Shown: positions 46,236-59,981, numbered from the stretch's first letter. The stretch is 64,000 bases of DNA from an uncultured Chloroflexia bacterium (GCA_963726375.1 CAVSCE010000006.1:102581-166580); one strand, 5' to 3'. Notes: generated by a model not told the origin, from the letters alone. Translations and numbers: made by a program.

Positions 46236-47499
46236 GTGGTTATGGTCGTCAAATTCCGCGGGCGGAAGAGGACAATCGGTCGGTTTCCAAGGCTAAAGAC
46301 TAAAAAGGGAGCGATCCGTTTTCATGTCGATCTCCCAATGATTCTGATTTTTTCGACCCTGATTATCTTTGGGTTGCTGATGGTATTCTCAGCAAGTTAC
46401 GATTATTCCTTCAAATGGTATGGCAATCCATCAACGATTTTCATCCGCCAGCTGATCTGGATGGGACTAGGTCTGGTGGGGATGCTCGTGTTGACTTTTG
46501 TAGATTACCACATCCTGGGGAGATATGCAGTCTGGGCGATGGCTGTGACAATTTTTCTGTTGATCGCAGTTCTTATTGCGAACGAGGTAAGGAATGGCGC
46601 TTCTCGAACCATTTATCAGGGTTCAGTTCAACCATCTGAGCTCGCGAAACTTGTCCTCGTGATTTACCTTTCTGTGTGGTTAACCTCCCGACGCGAGCAG
46701 CTGGGCGAACTTGGATTTGGGTTGATACCGCTTGCGTTAATCGTTAGGCCTGTTGGGCGGATTGATCATTATTCAGCCGGATTTGAGTGCGGTCGTCACT
46801 ATTCTTGCGCTAGGTGGGCTAATGTTCTTTTTGGCAGGGGGTGACCTCCGTCAGATTGGATTATTGCTTCTGACGACCCTTCTTTTCGGTGCCCTGGTTG
46901 TTCAATTCCATGATACAGGCCGAGGCAGAATCCGAGATTATTTATCGGGGTTGAAAGATCCGACGGAAGGCTCTTATCATGTTAGACGATCGCTTGAAGC
47001 CTTTGAAAGTGGCGGCTGGCTTGGGGTTGGGATAGGAAATGCGACGGGGAAAGTCACGGGTTTGCCCGTTCCACCAACAGACAGCATATTTGCGGTAGTC
47101 GGTGAAGAGACAGGTGTGGTTGGCGGCATTGCTTTAGTCGGACTCTATGGCCTGTTCTTTTACCGTGGGATAAAAATTGCGAGACATGCTCCAGACCAGA
47201 TGGGGGCTCTGCTTGTGGCAGGTTTGGTGACATGGATATGCCTGGAAGCTTTCATCAATATGTCTGTTCTGGTCAATATTTTACCCTTCGCAGGGAATGC
47301 CTTGCCTTTTATCAGTGCTGGCGGCTCGAATTTGCTTGTTTCGATGGCTGCAGTCGGTTTGATATTAAATGTGTCAAGAGTTTCGGTTCGAAAGAGAGAA
47401 GAGAGAGGGAAGCTTTTCGATGCGGTTATTGATCTGCGCCGGAGGAACCGGCGGCGGAGTGTATCCGGCGCTCGCAGTTCTGAACGCACTGCAAAATGA
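46236..47499 (+). CDS. ftsW: Peptidoglycan glycosyltransferase FtsW (SEDS family). One frameshift near 46745. The 3' end is uncertain and overlaps murG.
   Basis: Polytopic membrane ORF with the PDLSAVVTILALGG SEDS motif. Confidence 0.8.
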
Positions 47500-48590
47500 G
47501 CCCGAATTTCGGCCACAAAAAACGTCTGATTACCCAGAGGACGTTCTTTCAGTCCTATGGGTGGGCAGCGTTGGAGGCATGGAGGCAGAGCTGGTGAAAC
47601 GAGCTGGTTTGGAATTTAAAGCCATTCCCGCAGCTGGTGTCCATGGGGTCAGCATCAAGTCAATCCCTGGAAATATCTTCCGCCTCGCGCGTGGATATAA
47701 GGCTTCTATCCAAATTCTCAGGCAATATCAACCTCATGCCATGCTGTTTACTGGAGGTTATGTGGCCGTACCCATGGCGTTGGCAGGCAGGCGCGTTCCG
47801 ACGTTAGTCTATGTCCCTGATATTGAGCCTGGATTAGCGTTGCAGGTCGTGGCGCGTTTTGCAGACCATATCGCCGTGACTACAGAAGAATTCGCGTGGA
47901 TATTTCCCAAATCGTTCAGAAATCCTGGTCTCAGGTTATCCCACTCGACCGGGATTGGATGCTGTTCCGAAGAATGAAGCCTTGGCTGAATTTAATCTGA
48001 ATCGTGATCTACCGGTGTTGATGGTCACTGGCGGCAGCAGTGGAGCGCGTTCGATCAACAGGGCTTTATATGCAGTATTGCCCAAACTGTTAACTGAAAT
48101 GCAGATTATTCATCTGACTGGCAGTCAAAATTGGGCTGAAAATGAAATGGAAATCGCCAGAATCCAGGAACTAACTGGTGGAATCCCCGGTCTGTTCGAG
48201 CGTTATAAAGCATTTCCATACCTTCACAGCGAGATGGGTGCAGCGCTATCTGCAGCAGACCTCGTAGTCGCTCGCGCCGGTGCGTCCGTGCTGGGCGAGT
48301 TCCCTCTTTTTGGCTTACCGGCCATTCTGGTGCCGTACCCGTATGCATGGCGTTATCAGAAGGTAAATGCGGATTTCCTGGCGATTCGGAATGCCGCGAT
48401 TGTATTAGCAGACGAAGAGCTGCCTCAAAAGTTGGCTTCCTGCGTGCTCGAGCTCATGCGCGATCAGGCTAAACGGGATCAGATGTGCAAGGCAATGCGT
48501 AGTGTTGCTCGTCCAAATGCTGCAGGCGATATCGCACATTCACTCGTTGATGTCGCCCGGCAGCAACGCTTGAAAGGGTATCGTCCATGA
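47420..48590 (+). CDS. murG: UDP-GlcNAc--undecaprenyl-PP-MurNAc-pentapeptide GlcNAc transferase MurG. One frameshift near 47892.
   Basis: MRLLICAGGTGGGVYPALAV start. The YFPNRSEILVSGYPTRP segment (compare E. coli AFPNAEVVGNPVR) is in the shifted frame. Confidence 0.88.
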
Positions 48591-49123
48591 TTGCAATGGT
48601 GGCAGTTTTTGGGATGTTCCTCTTGCTCTTCGCATTTATCGGATCTGTGCGAGGTTGGGCGAAAGAAGTACTGGTCATTATTTCTGTGATTTTGGCGCTT
48701 GCAGTCATCTCGCTCTTCGAGGATTTGCTCAATCTAGAAGCCATCCTGTTCAATGGGAATACCACCCTGCAGTATTGGTTTCGAACCCTTACGGTCGGAT
48801 TATTAGTATTATTTGGCTATCAATCACCTTCTCTGCCGCGATTGCAAAAAGCGATCGAAAAACGAGGCAAGATCCAGGACAATATCCTGGGTTTCTTCTT
48901 TGGGATCTTCAGCGGTTATTTTGTCATGGGTACGCTCTGGTCTTTTTCAAGTCAGGCTATGTATCCTATGCTGGACAAATACGTCCAGGCGGTTCCTCCA
49001 GAGCTGAGCGATATTACAGAACGAGTCCTCAACCTGCTGCCTCCGATGTGGCTGGATGAACCGGTGACGATTTTCATCAGCGTGGTCGTGTCGTTCATTT
49101 TTGCGATTATTTATTTCTTATAG
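48587..49123 (+). CDS. cvpA: CvpA-family membrane protein
   Basis: A 178-aa ORF with four hydrophobic helices. Confidence 0.55.
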   Translation: MIAMVAVFGMFLLLFAFIGSVRGWAKEVLVIISVILALAVISLFEDLLNLEAILFNGNTTLQYWFRTLTVGLLVLFGYQSPSLPRLQKAIEKRGKIQDNILGFFFGIFSGYFVMGTLWSFSSQAMYPMLDKYVQAVPPELSDITERVLNLLPPMWLDEPVTIFISVVVSFIFAIIYFL

Positions 49124-49133
49124 ACGATAAAGA

Positions 49134-50533
49134 ATGGGAAATCGAGTGCATTTTATTGGAGTTGGTGGTAGTGGACTCTCGGCAATCGCGACAGTTCTCC
49201 TTGAGCGTGGCGATTTTGTCAGTGGTTCAGACCGCCAGGATTTGCCCTCTTTGCAGAAGCTTCGGGAGGCCGGGGTGAGAGTTTATATCGGTCACAGGGC
49301 TGAAAATATTGCCGGGGTGGATCTGGTCGTTCGGTCATCGGCAGTGCGCGATGACAACGTCGAAGTCCAGGCTGCTTGCTCAGCCCACATCCCGGTGTTA
49401 AAGCGAGCAGATTTCCTCGACCAGTTAACTTCTGGCAAACGCACAATCGCGATTGCCGGAACGCATGGAAAAACGACAACGACCGCCATGATCGCATGGG
49501 TGCTTCAGCAGCAAGGGTTGGATCCATCTTTTGTTATCGGAGGAGTCTCGAATAACCTCGGCGGGAACGCCCATGCTGGATCTGGTGATATTTTTGTGAT
49601 TGAAGCAGACGAATACGATCGAATGTTCCTGGGGTTGTCACCATACATCGCGATTGTGACCAGCGTGGAACACGATCACCCGGATTGCTACCCGACATCA
49701 GCTGATTTTTTCAGCGCTTTTCAGGCATTTGTGGACAGGCTCAAGCCCGAAGGAGTACTGCTCGCCTGTCTGGATGATCCGGGTGCACGTAATCTGTTTG
49801 GCTTATGCCCACTCAAAGGGTTGCAGGGTGGCGTCCTATAGTCTCGAAGACCAAACCGCTGATTATTTCGCTAAAAATTATCATCCAAACACGAGCGGCG
49901 GTTTCACTTTTGATTTATATTCCCATGGGACTCGGATTGAGACACCGATCCAGCTGCAGGCTACCGGGAGTTCATAACGTTTTGAATGCATTGGCGGCAA
50001 TCGGTACGGCTGATCTATTAGACCTGCCGCTGGACATCCACCACTCGATCATGCGAAACTTATTCTGGGACGGGCCGCCGTTTTGAGCTGGTTGGAATTG
50101 AAAAAGGTATCACGATCATCAATGATTACGCCCACCATCCCACCGAAATTCGAGCAACGCTTGCAGCAGCACGCACCCGCTATCCTGGAAGATCCATCTG
50201 GGCGGTCTGGCAGCCGCATACGTTTTCTCGCTCAAGGCAGCTGATGGATGGATTTGCAAGTGCATTTGAGGATGCTGATCGGGTTATCATTACTGAAATT
50301 TTTGCAGCGCGCGAGCAGCTTCCGGAAGATGGATTCTCAAGCCGGGCATTGGCCGACGCGATTGCCAGGGATTTCATACATGGGTCGGAGGCCGTTTTCT
50401 TAAACCTCAATTGTCTGAAACGACGGATTTTCTGCTCGAAGTACTTCAACCGGATGATATTGTGCTGGTACTCTCTGCCGGCGATGCGGATCTGATATGT
50501 ACAGACCTGGCTCGCAGATTACGCGAATTGTAA
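49134..50533 (+). CDS. murC: UDP-N-acetylmuramate--L-alanine ligase MurC. At least four frameshifts between 49800 and 50430.
   Basis: [13 protein letters not shown] and [10 protein letters not shown] motifs. The C-terminal [26 protein letters not shown] segment is in a shifted frame. Confidence 0.85.
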
Positions 50534-51485
50534 GGATTTTGGAGTTGGATCATCAACCCGCTTTAATCAAAGATTTGAGTGAAACCATCGTCAGCCGATT
50601 GCGCTTCGATGTTCCTTTGGCGCGCTACATGTCCTCCAGGCTTGGCGGTTCGGCGGAAGCTCTGATTGAAGTCGAGTCGGTCGATGATCTGGAAAGCGTG
50701 GTAATCGCTTGCTGGGAATTAAATATTCCCATCAAGATCATTGGAGGAGGATCTAATTTGCTGGTCAGCGATGCGGGTGTGAGTGGATTAGTAATTGTTA
50801 ACCGAGCTCGCAAAGTGCGGTTTGAAATTGAGTCAGTACCTCCACTGGTTTGGGCAGAATCCGGCGCTAACTTTGGTTTATTAGCTCGCAAAGCGGCGAA
50901 TATTGGCCTGTTAGGCTTGGAGTGGGCTGCTGGAATCCCTGGTACTCTTGGTGGCGCGATTGTCGGAAATGCTGGAGCTCATGGCGGGAGTATGGCTGGA
51001 AATCTCCGGCTGGCTGAAATCTTGCATCGAATAGATATAGATCGGAAAGTAGATGCACGACGCGAAGAATGGCCGTCGGAAAATGCTGGAATACAGTTAT
51101 CGAAGCAGCGTCCTAAAGCGAAAACCAGGGAATCAAATAGTCCTGGCAGCTACTCTCGAATTGCTGCGGTCATCGGTGGATTTCGTGCAAACCAGGATGA
51201 ATGAGTTTGTCGAATTTCGGCATCGAACTCAGCCCCCAGGTGCCAGCATGGGTTCTAGTCTTTAAAAATCCCCCCGGCGACCATGCCGGCCGGTTGATTG
51301 ATGCAGCTGGTTTAAAAGGTTATCGGATAGGAGATGCCCAAATCAGTCCTGTCCATGCAAACTTCTTCATTAACGTTGGCAAAGCTTCTGCACGCGATTT
51401 CTTTCAATTGATTGAGCATGCCAGCAAAGTCGTTCAAGATAAAGTTTGGCGTCCGGCTGGAGCTCGAAATCGAGCTTGTGGGTGA
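50497..51485 (+). CDS. murB: UDP-N-acetylenolpyruvoylglucosamine reductase MurB. At least two frameshifts in the C-terminal half.
   Basis: GGGSNLL FAD-binding motif, with fragments 51053-51265 and 51201-51485. Confidence 0.8.
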
Positions 51486-51496
51486 GTGGTGAGGTC

Positions 51497-52639
<1,143 letters not shown>

Positions 52640-52641
52640 CC

Positions 52642-53526
52642 ATGAAAATCTCGAACCCGCCAAAACAGCGATCTGAAGAAATTCGAAAACGCAGGTTTGA
52701 CAAATCGCATACTGCCCGGCAGACGACAAGGCAAAGGAAAGACCGCGTGATCAATCCGGCTCCTCCGCCTGTGATGACACGCACTCCACTGACTGGGGTT
52801 TCACGTCCGCAGAAAAAAGGCAACCAGAAAAATCGCCGGATATACAACCTCAGCCTGGATGCAGCTCACGGCTCAGAGATGCGAGTACCTGCGCTGCCTC
52901 GAATCGGTCTGAGCTGGCGTTTCATCTCAATACTAATTGCAGGTTTTCTTGGTTTTGCGCTTTACCAGCTATGGGAGTCACCGGATTTCACGTTGACGCC
53001 CCGAAAATTACTGGCTTGAAAAGCCTTAATAGTAATCAAATCAACACTGGAATTGGTCTGATCGGTGCGCGTATCATTCAATTGGATGCGAATTCAATCC
53101 AGTCTGATCTGTTAAGCGAATTTCCTGAATTATCAAGTGCCGAGGTCGCGATGGGTTTCCCAATTCGGTCTTGATCACGGTGACTGGAGAATCCCTGTGC
53201 TGACCTGGACCAGGGATGGCGAAAGTTTTCTGGTAGATTCCCAGGGGATCAGGTTTCCCCTTCGAGAAGGAATTTCTATTGGCTCTACCCCAGTAGTGGA
53301 AGCAGCAGGAGATCCTCCATTTGCATTCAAGCAGGAAGCAGAGGATGGGCTGTCGTTGCGAAATCGACAATCCAGAAGATTACCGGATCGATCCTGCCTG
53401 GTCTCTCGAATGCAGGAGCAGGCTAAACCTTTGCTTCCTCCTGAATTTCGTCAGGTCGAGTTCTGCTGGTTTCTGAAAAAGCTCCAGCTGGCTCAAAGCT
53501 TATATATGATCCGGTCCATGGGATAG
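52642..53526 (+). CDS. ftsQ: Cell division protein FtsQ/DivIB. At least two frameshifts near 52975 and 53140.
   Basis: A basic N-terminal region with a transmembrane helix, then POTRA-like segments spread across three track ORFs. Confidence 0.6.
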
Positions 53527-53747
53527 GCTGGCTAGACCGGCGCAGGATGGAATGTATATCTGGGTGATGCACAGGAAATTGAAGTTAAACTCCAAACTTA
53601 CAGAGTGATCATGGACCAGCTGAAAGCTTCAGAAAACAGGCCAACCATGATCAGCGTTGAATATGTTCATGCTCCGTATTATCGGATGGAGTAGCCGGAT
53701 AGGATGACAGGTAATAATAATGAATGCTATTTCTAGAGGGAAGATCG

Positions 53748-54992
53748 ATGGACGATCAAATCCTAATCGGAATTGACATCGGAACTACAAAAATATGCTC
53801 CCTGGTCGCTCGGGAAGAGAATCCAGGTCAGCTCCGGATCTTGGGGGTAGGAATCGAACCTTCCCAGGGTCTCCGCAAGGGTGTAGTAGTGGATCTGGAG
53901 GCTGCTGCACAGGCGATCGCACGCTCGGTGGATAAGGCAGAACGTACATCTGGTGTGGAGATCCTTTCAGCCTTGGTCAGCCTTGCAGGCTCGAACGTGT
54001 CTTCTGTCAACAGTCGTGGGGTTGTAGGGGTCTCAGGTCGGGTGATTGACCAAGATGATATTGCCCGAGCGGTAGACGCCGCCAGGGCTGTGGCGATCCC
54101 GCATAATCGAGAGATTGTGCATGTTATCCAGCGAGGATTCAATGTCGATGGTCAAGACGGCATTCGGATGCCGATGGGTATGCATGGATACAGGCTGGAA
54201 GTTGAGACGCACATTATCACTGCGACCGCTGCCAGTGTTGAGAATTTGCGGCAGTGCGTGGCTGCAGCAGGTGTTGAAGTCGCGCAGTTTGTCCTAAATC
54301 CTCTTGCTTCAGCCGAAGTCGTCCTGACTGAGGCAGAACGACAAATGGGTGCAGTTGTTTGTGATGTGGGGGGTGGGACTACCGACATGGCCATTTATGT
54401 GGATGGCGATGTCTGGCACACAGCTGTGTTATCGGTAGGAGGCAATCATATCACTTCAGATATTGCGCAGGTGCTGCATCTACCCAATACTCAAGCAGAA
54501 GAGATCAAACTTCAGCACGGTCATGCAAATCCAGCTGAAATCGATCCACAGCAATTTTTCAACCTGCGTCCATTTGGAGACCAGGAAATTGTCCAGGCCA
54601 GCCACCTGGAATTAGTCCAGATTATCCATGCCAGGGTAGAAGAAATATTTGGGATGGTTGTTCAGGAGATAAAAAGATCTGGTTATGATGGGCTGCTTCC
54701 TGCGGGTGTTGTCTTGACCGGCGGAGGCAGCGCGCTGCCGGGGATCAGGACGATAGCAAGTCAGGTTCTGGGTGTTCCAGTCCGCATCGCCCAGCCGGAA
54801 CACCTGATCGGAATGACCGACCGGCTCGAATCGCCTGCTTTTTCGACAAGTGTTGGTTTACTGCGCTGGGGAATGTTGATGAATGAATTTGCCCCGGAAG
54901 GCGAAATCCGGCGTAAGCGCAGCAGGAGCCGAACCGGACAGGGATTGGAAGCAGCTCTTTTATCGATTGGGAGCGCGTCAAAGAATGGTTGA
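53748..54992 (+). CDS. ftsA: Cell division protein FtsA
   Basis: Actin-like IGIDIGTTKI and VCDVGGGTTD motifs. Confidence 0.93.
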   Translation: MDDQILIGIDIGTTKICSLVAREENPGQLRILGVGIEPSQGLRKGVVVDLEAAAQAIARSVDKAERTSGVEILSALVSLAGSNVSSVNSRGVVGVSGRVIDQDDIARAVDAARAVAIPHNREIVHVIQRGFNVDGQDGIRMPMGMHGYRLEVETHIITATAASVENLRQCVAAAGVEVAQFVLNPLASAEVVLTEAERQMGAVVCDVGGGTTDMAIYVDGDVWHTAVLSVGGNHITSDIAQVLHLPNTQAEEIKLQHGHANPAEIDPQQFFNLRPFGDQEIVQASHLELVQIIHARVEEIFGMVVQEIKRSGYDGLLPAGVVLTGGGSALPGIRTIASQVLGVPVRIAQPEHLIGMTDRLESPAFSTSVGLLRWGMLMNEFAPEGEIRRKRSRSRTGQGLEAALLSIGSASKNG

Positions 54993-55140
54993 AGCGCCTA
55001 TTACCTTAATCCTACCAAATCCAGCTTTTGGCAAGCATCGACGATGAATATCGATTAACAGAAAAGTGATTTATCGAGAATTTCGAGAGACAGGTCTTAA
55101 CAAGAAGCAAAGAAGAATGCATCCTGAATGAGGAGGAAGA

Positions 55141-56280
55141 ATGTCAAATTTCATCAGTACACCCAATCAGTTAGAATCGTTTGCCAGGATTAAGGTTGTT
55201 GGAGTCGGCGGAGGCGGCTGCAATGCAGTAGACCGTATGATCGATGAAGGTCTGCAAGGTGTGGACTTCGTCGCTGTTAACACGGACGCACAGGCGCTGC
55301 TGCTCTCCAAGGCGAACACCCGTGTTCGAATTGGAGAAAAGCTCACTCGTGGGCTGGGCTCCGGCGGGGACCCGGAAGTTGGTTTGAAGGCCACCGAGGA
55401 ATCAGCAGAGGAGCTGTACGGGGTTCTGAAAAACTCTGACATGGTTTTTATCACTGCTGGTATGGGTGGCGGTACAGGCACTGGTGGAGCCCCAATCGTT
55501 GCACAGATTGCGAAGGAGGTTGGTTCTCTCACTATCGGCGTCGTCACACGACCGTTCACATTTGAGGGATCGCGGCGGATCCAATCTGCCGAGAGTGGGA
55601 TCAGCCGTCTGAAAGAGCAGGCTGATACGCTGATCGTGATCCCGAACGACCGGCTTCTCCAGATTGTTGACAAACGCGCCAACCTGCAGACCGCTTTCCG
55701 ATTAGCTGATGATGTGTTGCGCCAGGGTGTTCAAGGGATCTCCGAGCTGATTACGATCCCTGGCCTGATCAATCTGGACTTTGCAGATGTTCGGACGATC
55801 ATGTCGGAAGGGGGAGCGGCATTAATGGCTGTTGGAATGGCCAAGGGTGAGGATGCGGCTCGAATCGCGGCTGAACAGGCTATCTCCAGCCAGCTGTTAG
55901 ATATAACGATTGACGGCGCGCGCGGCATCCTGTTCAATGTCACAGGCGGCCCAGAGCTGACGCTGTTCGATGTAAACCAGGCAGCTGCGATCATCAAGGA
56001 GACAGCTCATCCTGAAGTCAATTTGATCTTTGGCGCTGTAATTGATCCGACGATGAAGGATCAGGTGCGCATCACCGTGATTGCCACAGGTTTCGAACGT
56101 GCTGGTATTCCTCGCAGAATGATCGAGACACCAGTAAATGAACCGCGGAAGATGGCCGAACCCGAATCCGTCAGCGTGCAGTCGCAGACCAAACAGGCCT
56201 TGCGAGAATTTCAACCGAGGACCTACAGCACGGAAGATATCGATATCCCGACCTTCCTGCGCAATCGGAACAACCGCTAG
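55141..56280 (+). CDS. ftsZ: Cell division protein FtsZ
   Basis: GGGTGTG tubulin signature. 379 aa. Confidence 0.96.
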   Translation: MSNFISTPNQLESFARIKVVGVGGGGCNAVDRMIDEGLQGVDFVAVNTDAQALLLSKANTRVRIGEKLTRGLGSGGDPEVGLKATEESAEELYGVLKNSDMVFITAGMGGGTGTGGAPIVAQIAKEVGSLTIGVVTRPFTFEGSRRIQSAESGISRLKEQADTLIVIPNDRLLQIVDKRANLQTAFRLADDVLRQGVQGISELITIPGLINLDFADVRTIMSEGGAALMAVGMAKGEDAARIAAEQAISSQLLDITIDGARGILFNVTGGPELTLFDVNQAAAIIKETAHPEVNLIFGAVIDPTMKDQVRITVIATGFERAGIPRRMIETPVNEPRKMAEPESVSVQSQTKQALREFQPRTYSTEDIDIPTFLRNRNNR

Positions 56281-56331
56281 ACGATCATGTCATTTGGCGG
56301 CATATTGTCGCTCTGGAAAGTATTAACAATA

Positions 56332-56359
56332 AATCTCCGGAATCCTCCTCCCGGAGATT
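56332..56359 (+). other. Hairpin with a 9-bp stem (aatctccgg / ccggagatt) and a 10-nt loop, about 50 nt after ftsZ
   Basis: Perfect inverted repeat with no strong T-tract. Possibly a terminator or RNA-processing site. Confidence 0.4.
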
Positions 56360-56443
56360 AGATCTTGCCCGTTTGCAGATAGGCAGGTCACTTTCAGCTC
56401 CATCGTGTGCCTTCGCGTGGAGCAGCAAATGGGAAAGGGTAAA

Positions 56444-56465
56444 GCCTGGCGAATAGTCGCCAGGC
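56444..56465 (+). other. Hairpin with a 9-bp perfect GC-rich stem (gcctggcga-atag-tcgccaggc)
   Basis: Perfect inverted repeat with a 4-nt loop, inside the 525-bp ftsZ-nrdR spacer. Confidence 0.4.
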
Positions 56466-56807
56466 CTTACCCAGCCAGTTTTGAAAAAGATGAAGGTTGT
56501 TTCGTGCAGCGGGGGCCACAACTCACAAATACATCGCCGCCTGGCCTTGGTTTGCCGATGATAAAATCTCGATCACGAAGAGATAGGGATCTGGTTGCTT
56601 TGAAAACTCTTACGTAGAATGGAGATCAATAATGGCGGCGCTTGCACAATTCCCTGGATTTCTAATCTATTTTCCGCAAAAATTCCCTTGCCATTTTAAT
56701 TATGAATATGCTAGAATTCTCCCCACTCCACCTATATCTAAGGGTGAGCAGCAAGGCAACCCCCAACAATAGCGGTTACATTTGTTCTAAATAGGATCAG
56801 GGGTCCC

Positions 56808-57258
56808 ATGCGATGTCCATATTGTAAAAACCTGAGCTCTCGGGTCATTGACACGTCTCACAACTCACGCGGTGGTGTTCGCCGCAGGCGTGAGTGTGAA
56901 AGCTGTAAGCAGCGTTTCAGCACCTACGAACGACCGATCCTGGCAACCCCGCTGATCGTCAAGCAGGATGGTTCGCGTGAAGAATTCGATCGCGAGAAAT
57001 TGATGCGCGGCATCCGAATCTCCTGTGCAAAAAGACCGGTGTCTGCGGCGGACATTGAACGCCTGGTCGGTGAAATTGAAGTCAACACTTCAAGCGATGG
57101 GGAGAGCTGAAGTGTCGTCACGCGTGATTGGAGATATGGTCATTTCAGGCCTGAAAGGGCTGGACCATGTTGCGTATATTCGATATGCCATTGTTTATCT
57201 TGGACTGGATGATCTAAAATCCATCCGAAGCGAGATAGACCGCTTATTGGAAAGCTGA
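56808..57258 (+). CDS. nrdR: Transcriptional repressor NrdR. One frameshift near 57095.
   Basis: MRCPYCK...CESC zinc ribbon, followed by an ATP-cone. Confidence 0.88.
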
Positions 57259-57325
57259 CCTGGATCGAGTCTTCTCAGCAGATTTGTTCTTATCGGTTCG
57301 AGGCGACAGGACTGGAGGTAAATAA

Positions 57326-59926
57326 ATGACGAATCATGGATCTGATCCTTTGCAGATAGCAAGTGGTTTGCCGTACACACCCATCTTACCGGGGGACCTG
57401 CCGGATGTTGAATTAACGGAGAATGCTAGACAGGTGCTTGTTCGCAGGTACGTTCGGCGTGGTAAGGACCAGCAGCCGACCGAAAGTGTCGAAGAAATGT
57501 TCTGGCGCGTCGCCTATCATGTTGCTTCCAGCGAGGCAGTTTGGGACGACGATGTAACACAAAGGGCACATGATTTCTATAAGCTTCTTTCCTCCAAGCG
57601 TTTCTTTCCTAACTCGCCAACTTTCACCGGGGCAGGGACACCTCTTGGACAATTAGCTGCTTGTTTTGTCCTGCCAATCAGTGACGATATGGGTCGCGAT
57701 CCTGCAGGGATTTTCCAGACCTTGCGCGATGCTGCTTTGATCCAGCAGACAGGTGGGGGAAATGGTTTTTCTTTTTCACGCTTACGTCCAAAAGGTGCTC
57801 TGGTTAAAACGTCTGCTGGACAGGCGACCGGTCCTGTCGGTTTTTTGCGCGTGTATGATATCGCCTTCGGTGAGATTGCTCAGGGGGGCACGCGTCGCGG
57901 TGCAAACATGGCTGTTTTGAGGGTAGATCATCCTGACATCGAGGAATTTATTTCCTGCAAAACAGACGAAAATGCAATTACAAATTTTAACATCTCTGTC
58001 GGAATCACAGACGCTTTCATGCGAGCAGTCGTTGATGACGCAGATTGGGATTTGCGATTTCCAGATGTAAATTTCGAAGCTTATAAGGGATTTAAAGGGA
58101 CAATCGAACAGGCTGAAGCAGCAGGACTGCCGGTTAAGGTTTATCGTACAGTTCGCGCCCGCGCATTGTTCGAAAAAATCGTTCGCCAGGCGCACCATAA
58201 CGGCGAACCAGGTGTGCTTTTTCTCGATGCAGCAAATCGGTCGAACCCTGTTCCGCACCTTTATCAGCTGGAGGCTACCAATCCTTGTGGGGAGCAGTTC
58301 TTAGGACCGTACGAAAACTGCTGCCTTGGTTCGATCAATTTAGCACAGCATTTCGGAGCGGATGGTGCGGTTGATTGGAATAAACTCCAACGCAGTGTCG
58401 AGCTCTCCACGATATTTCTGGATGATGTCGTTGATGCTAACGCCTATGTGCCGGCTGTACCGCAGTTGAATATGGCTGCCCGTGACGCTCGCCGGATAGG
58501 ACTTGGCATCATGGGGTTGGGTGATTTAATGTACCATGTCGGCGTGCGCTATGGGTCGGATGATGGTCAGGAGTTTGCAGCTCAGGTGATGGAGTTCGTC
58601 CGGTTCCACGCAATGAAGACCAGCATTGAGCTGGCAAGACAGCGCGGGCCATTCCCGGCGATAAAAGGCAGCATCTATGATCCAGTGGCTCACAATTGGA
58701 GTCCGCCGTGCCCGCAAAAAGCATACGTCCGGGATTGGAATCGTCCTGATCTCGACTGGGATTCGCTCGTTCAGGATATTCGGAATCATGGAATTCGAAA
58801 TGCTGCCCAAACAACAATCGCTCCTACTGGAACAATCGCAACAGTAGCAGGTTGTGAAGGCTATGGCTGTGAGCCTGTTTTTGCACTGGCATATATCCGC
58901 CATGTGAATGACAACGGGCGTGACCTTGAGCTGACTTATGCCAGCCCGCTCTTTGATAAGGCTCTCATCCAGGCTGGCCTGGATGAGACAACTCGATCAC
59001 GAATTGTTGATCATGTAATGGAGCTCGGTACATGTCAGGGGTTGGAGGAAGTTCCAGAATCAGTCCGCGAGATATTTGTCGTATCTCAGGATATCAGCGC
59101 AGAAGAACATGTGCTGATGCAAGCGTCCCTGCAGACCTTTGTAGACAACAGTCTCAGCAAGACGATCAACTTCCCTGAAACTGCGAATGAGCGCGATGTT
59201 GCTTATGCTTATCAGCTTGCCTGGGAGCTCGGATGTAAAGGGATTACAGTCTACGTCACGGGTTCACGCCAGAAGGTAGTGCTTGAGACAAAAGCGACTG
59301 CAAAGCAAAAACAACAGCCAGCTCTGATCTCACCTGCATCAGAACCGGACCAGCTACCGCACATGCATGATAAGAAAAAGCCGCGACCAGAGCTTTTACC
59401 TGGATACACTTTCAGCGTCGGAACACCGCTCGGGAAGGCTTTTATCACGATAAACGAAAATGGGGGTAAGCAGCCGTTTGAGGTTTTCATAAATACGGCG
59501 AAAGCTGGCTCAGATACAGCGGCGGTTTCTGAGGCGATCGGCCGGTTAATCTCCTATATCCTGCGCCTTCCGTCATCAGTTGCACCTCGTGAACGCCTGA
59601 AAGAAGTCTGGCATCAGCTCAACGGGATTGGAGGCGGCCGACCGCTCGGATTTGGCCCGAACCGTGTCCGTTCTTTACCTGATGGAGTCGCGCGCGCGTT
59701 AGGAGAGTACCTCTCGCAAACGGGTGAGCAGGTTGTCGAAGAAGAACAAAAAGAATATAAACCAGGCGGAAATGGCTTTAATTTACTTCAGGAGACCGCC
59801 GGTGGATCGGCAAGCGAACCGCAAGGCAGCCGGATTGGCGATTTATGTCCTGAATGCGGGCAAGCAGCAGTCGTGAATGAAGAGGGATGTAGGAAATGTT
59901 ATGCCTGTGGTTTCAGTGAATGTTGA
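57326..59926 (+). CDS. nrdJ: Class II (adenosylcobalamin-dependent) ribonucleotide reductase
   Basis: 866 aa. [21 protein letters not shown] active-site region and a C-terminal CxxC...CxxC pair. Confidence 0.9.
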   Translation: MTNHGSDPLQIASGLPYTPILPGDLPDVELTENARQVLVRRYVRRGKDQQPTESVEEMFWRVAYHVASSEAVWDDDVTQRAHDFYKLLSSKRFFPNSPTFTGAGTPLGQLAACFVLPISDDMGRDPAGIFQTLRDAALIQQTGGGNGFSFSRLRPKGALVKTSAGQATGPVGFLRVYDIAFGEIAQGGTRRGANMAVLRVDHPDIEEFISCKTDENAITNFNISVGITDAFMRAVVDDADWDLRFPDVNFEAYKGFKGTIEQAEAAGLPVKVYRTVRARALFEKIVRQAHHNGEPGVLFLDAANRSNPVPHLYQLEATNPCGEQFLGPYENCCLGSINLAQHFGADGAVDWNKLQRSVELSTIFLDDVVDANAYVPAVPQLNMAARDARRIGLGIMGLGDLMYHVGVRYGSDDGQEFAAQVMEFVRFHAMKTSIELARQRGPFPAIKGSIYDPVAHNWSPPCPQKAYVRDWNRPDLDWDSLVQDIRNHGIRNAAQTTIAPTGTIATVAGCEGYGCEPVFALAYIRHVNDNGRDLELTYASPLFDKALIQAGLDETTRSRIVDHVMELGTCQGLEEVPESVREIFVVSQDISAEEHVLMQASLQTFVDNSLSKTINFPETANERDVAYAYQLAWELGCKGITVYVTGSRQKVVLETKATAKQKQQPALISPASEPDQLPHMHDKKKPRPELLPGYTFSVGTPLGKAFITINENGGKQPFEVFINTAKAGSDTAAVSEAIGRLISYILRLPSSVAPRERLKEVWHQLNGIGGGRPLGFGPNRVRSLPDGVARALGEYLSQTGEQVVEEEQKEYKPGGNGFNLLQETAGGSASEPQGSRIGDLCPECGQAAVVNEEGCRKCYACGFSEC

Positions 59927-59981
59927 GAGTGACTAAGCTAAATTGAATTGTTAACCAGGACACTCGTTTGCTATCACATAA

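Noticed and set aside
56285-56617. Small ORFs (78 aa on the minus strand, 70 aa on the plus strand) in the ftsZ-nrdR spacer
   Set aside because: They have no ribosome-binding sites and low-complexity or atypical composition. They overlap each other on opposite strands and are more likely non-coding. They are flagged only as part of the spacer finding.
56700-56760. Canonical tandem NrdR boxes upstream of nrdR
   Set aside because: Only one imperfect CAC...GTG element was found, with the wrong spacing. It is kept as a low-confidence note rather than a feature.
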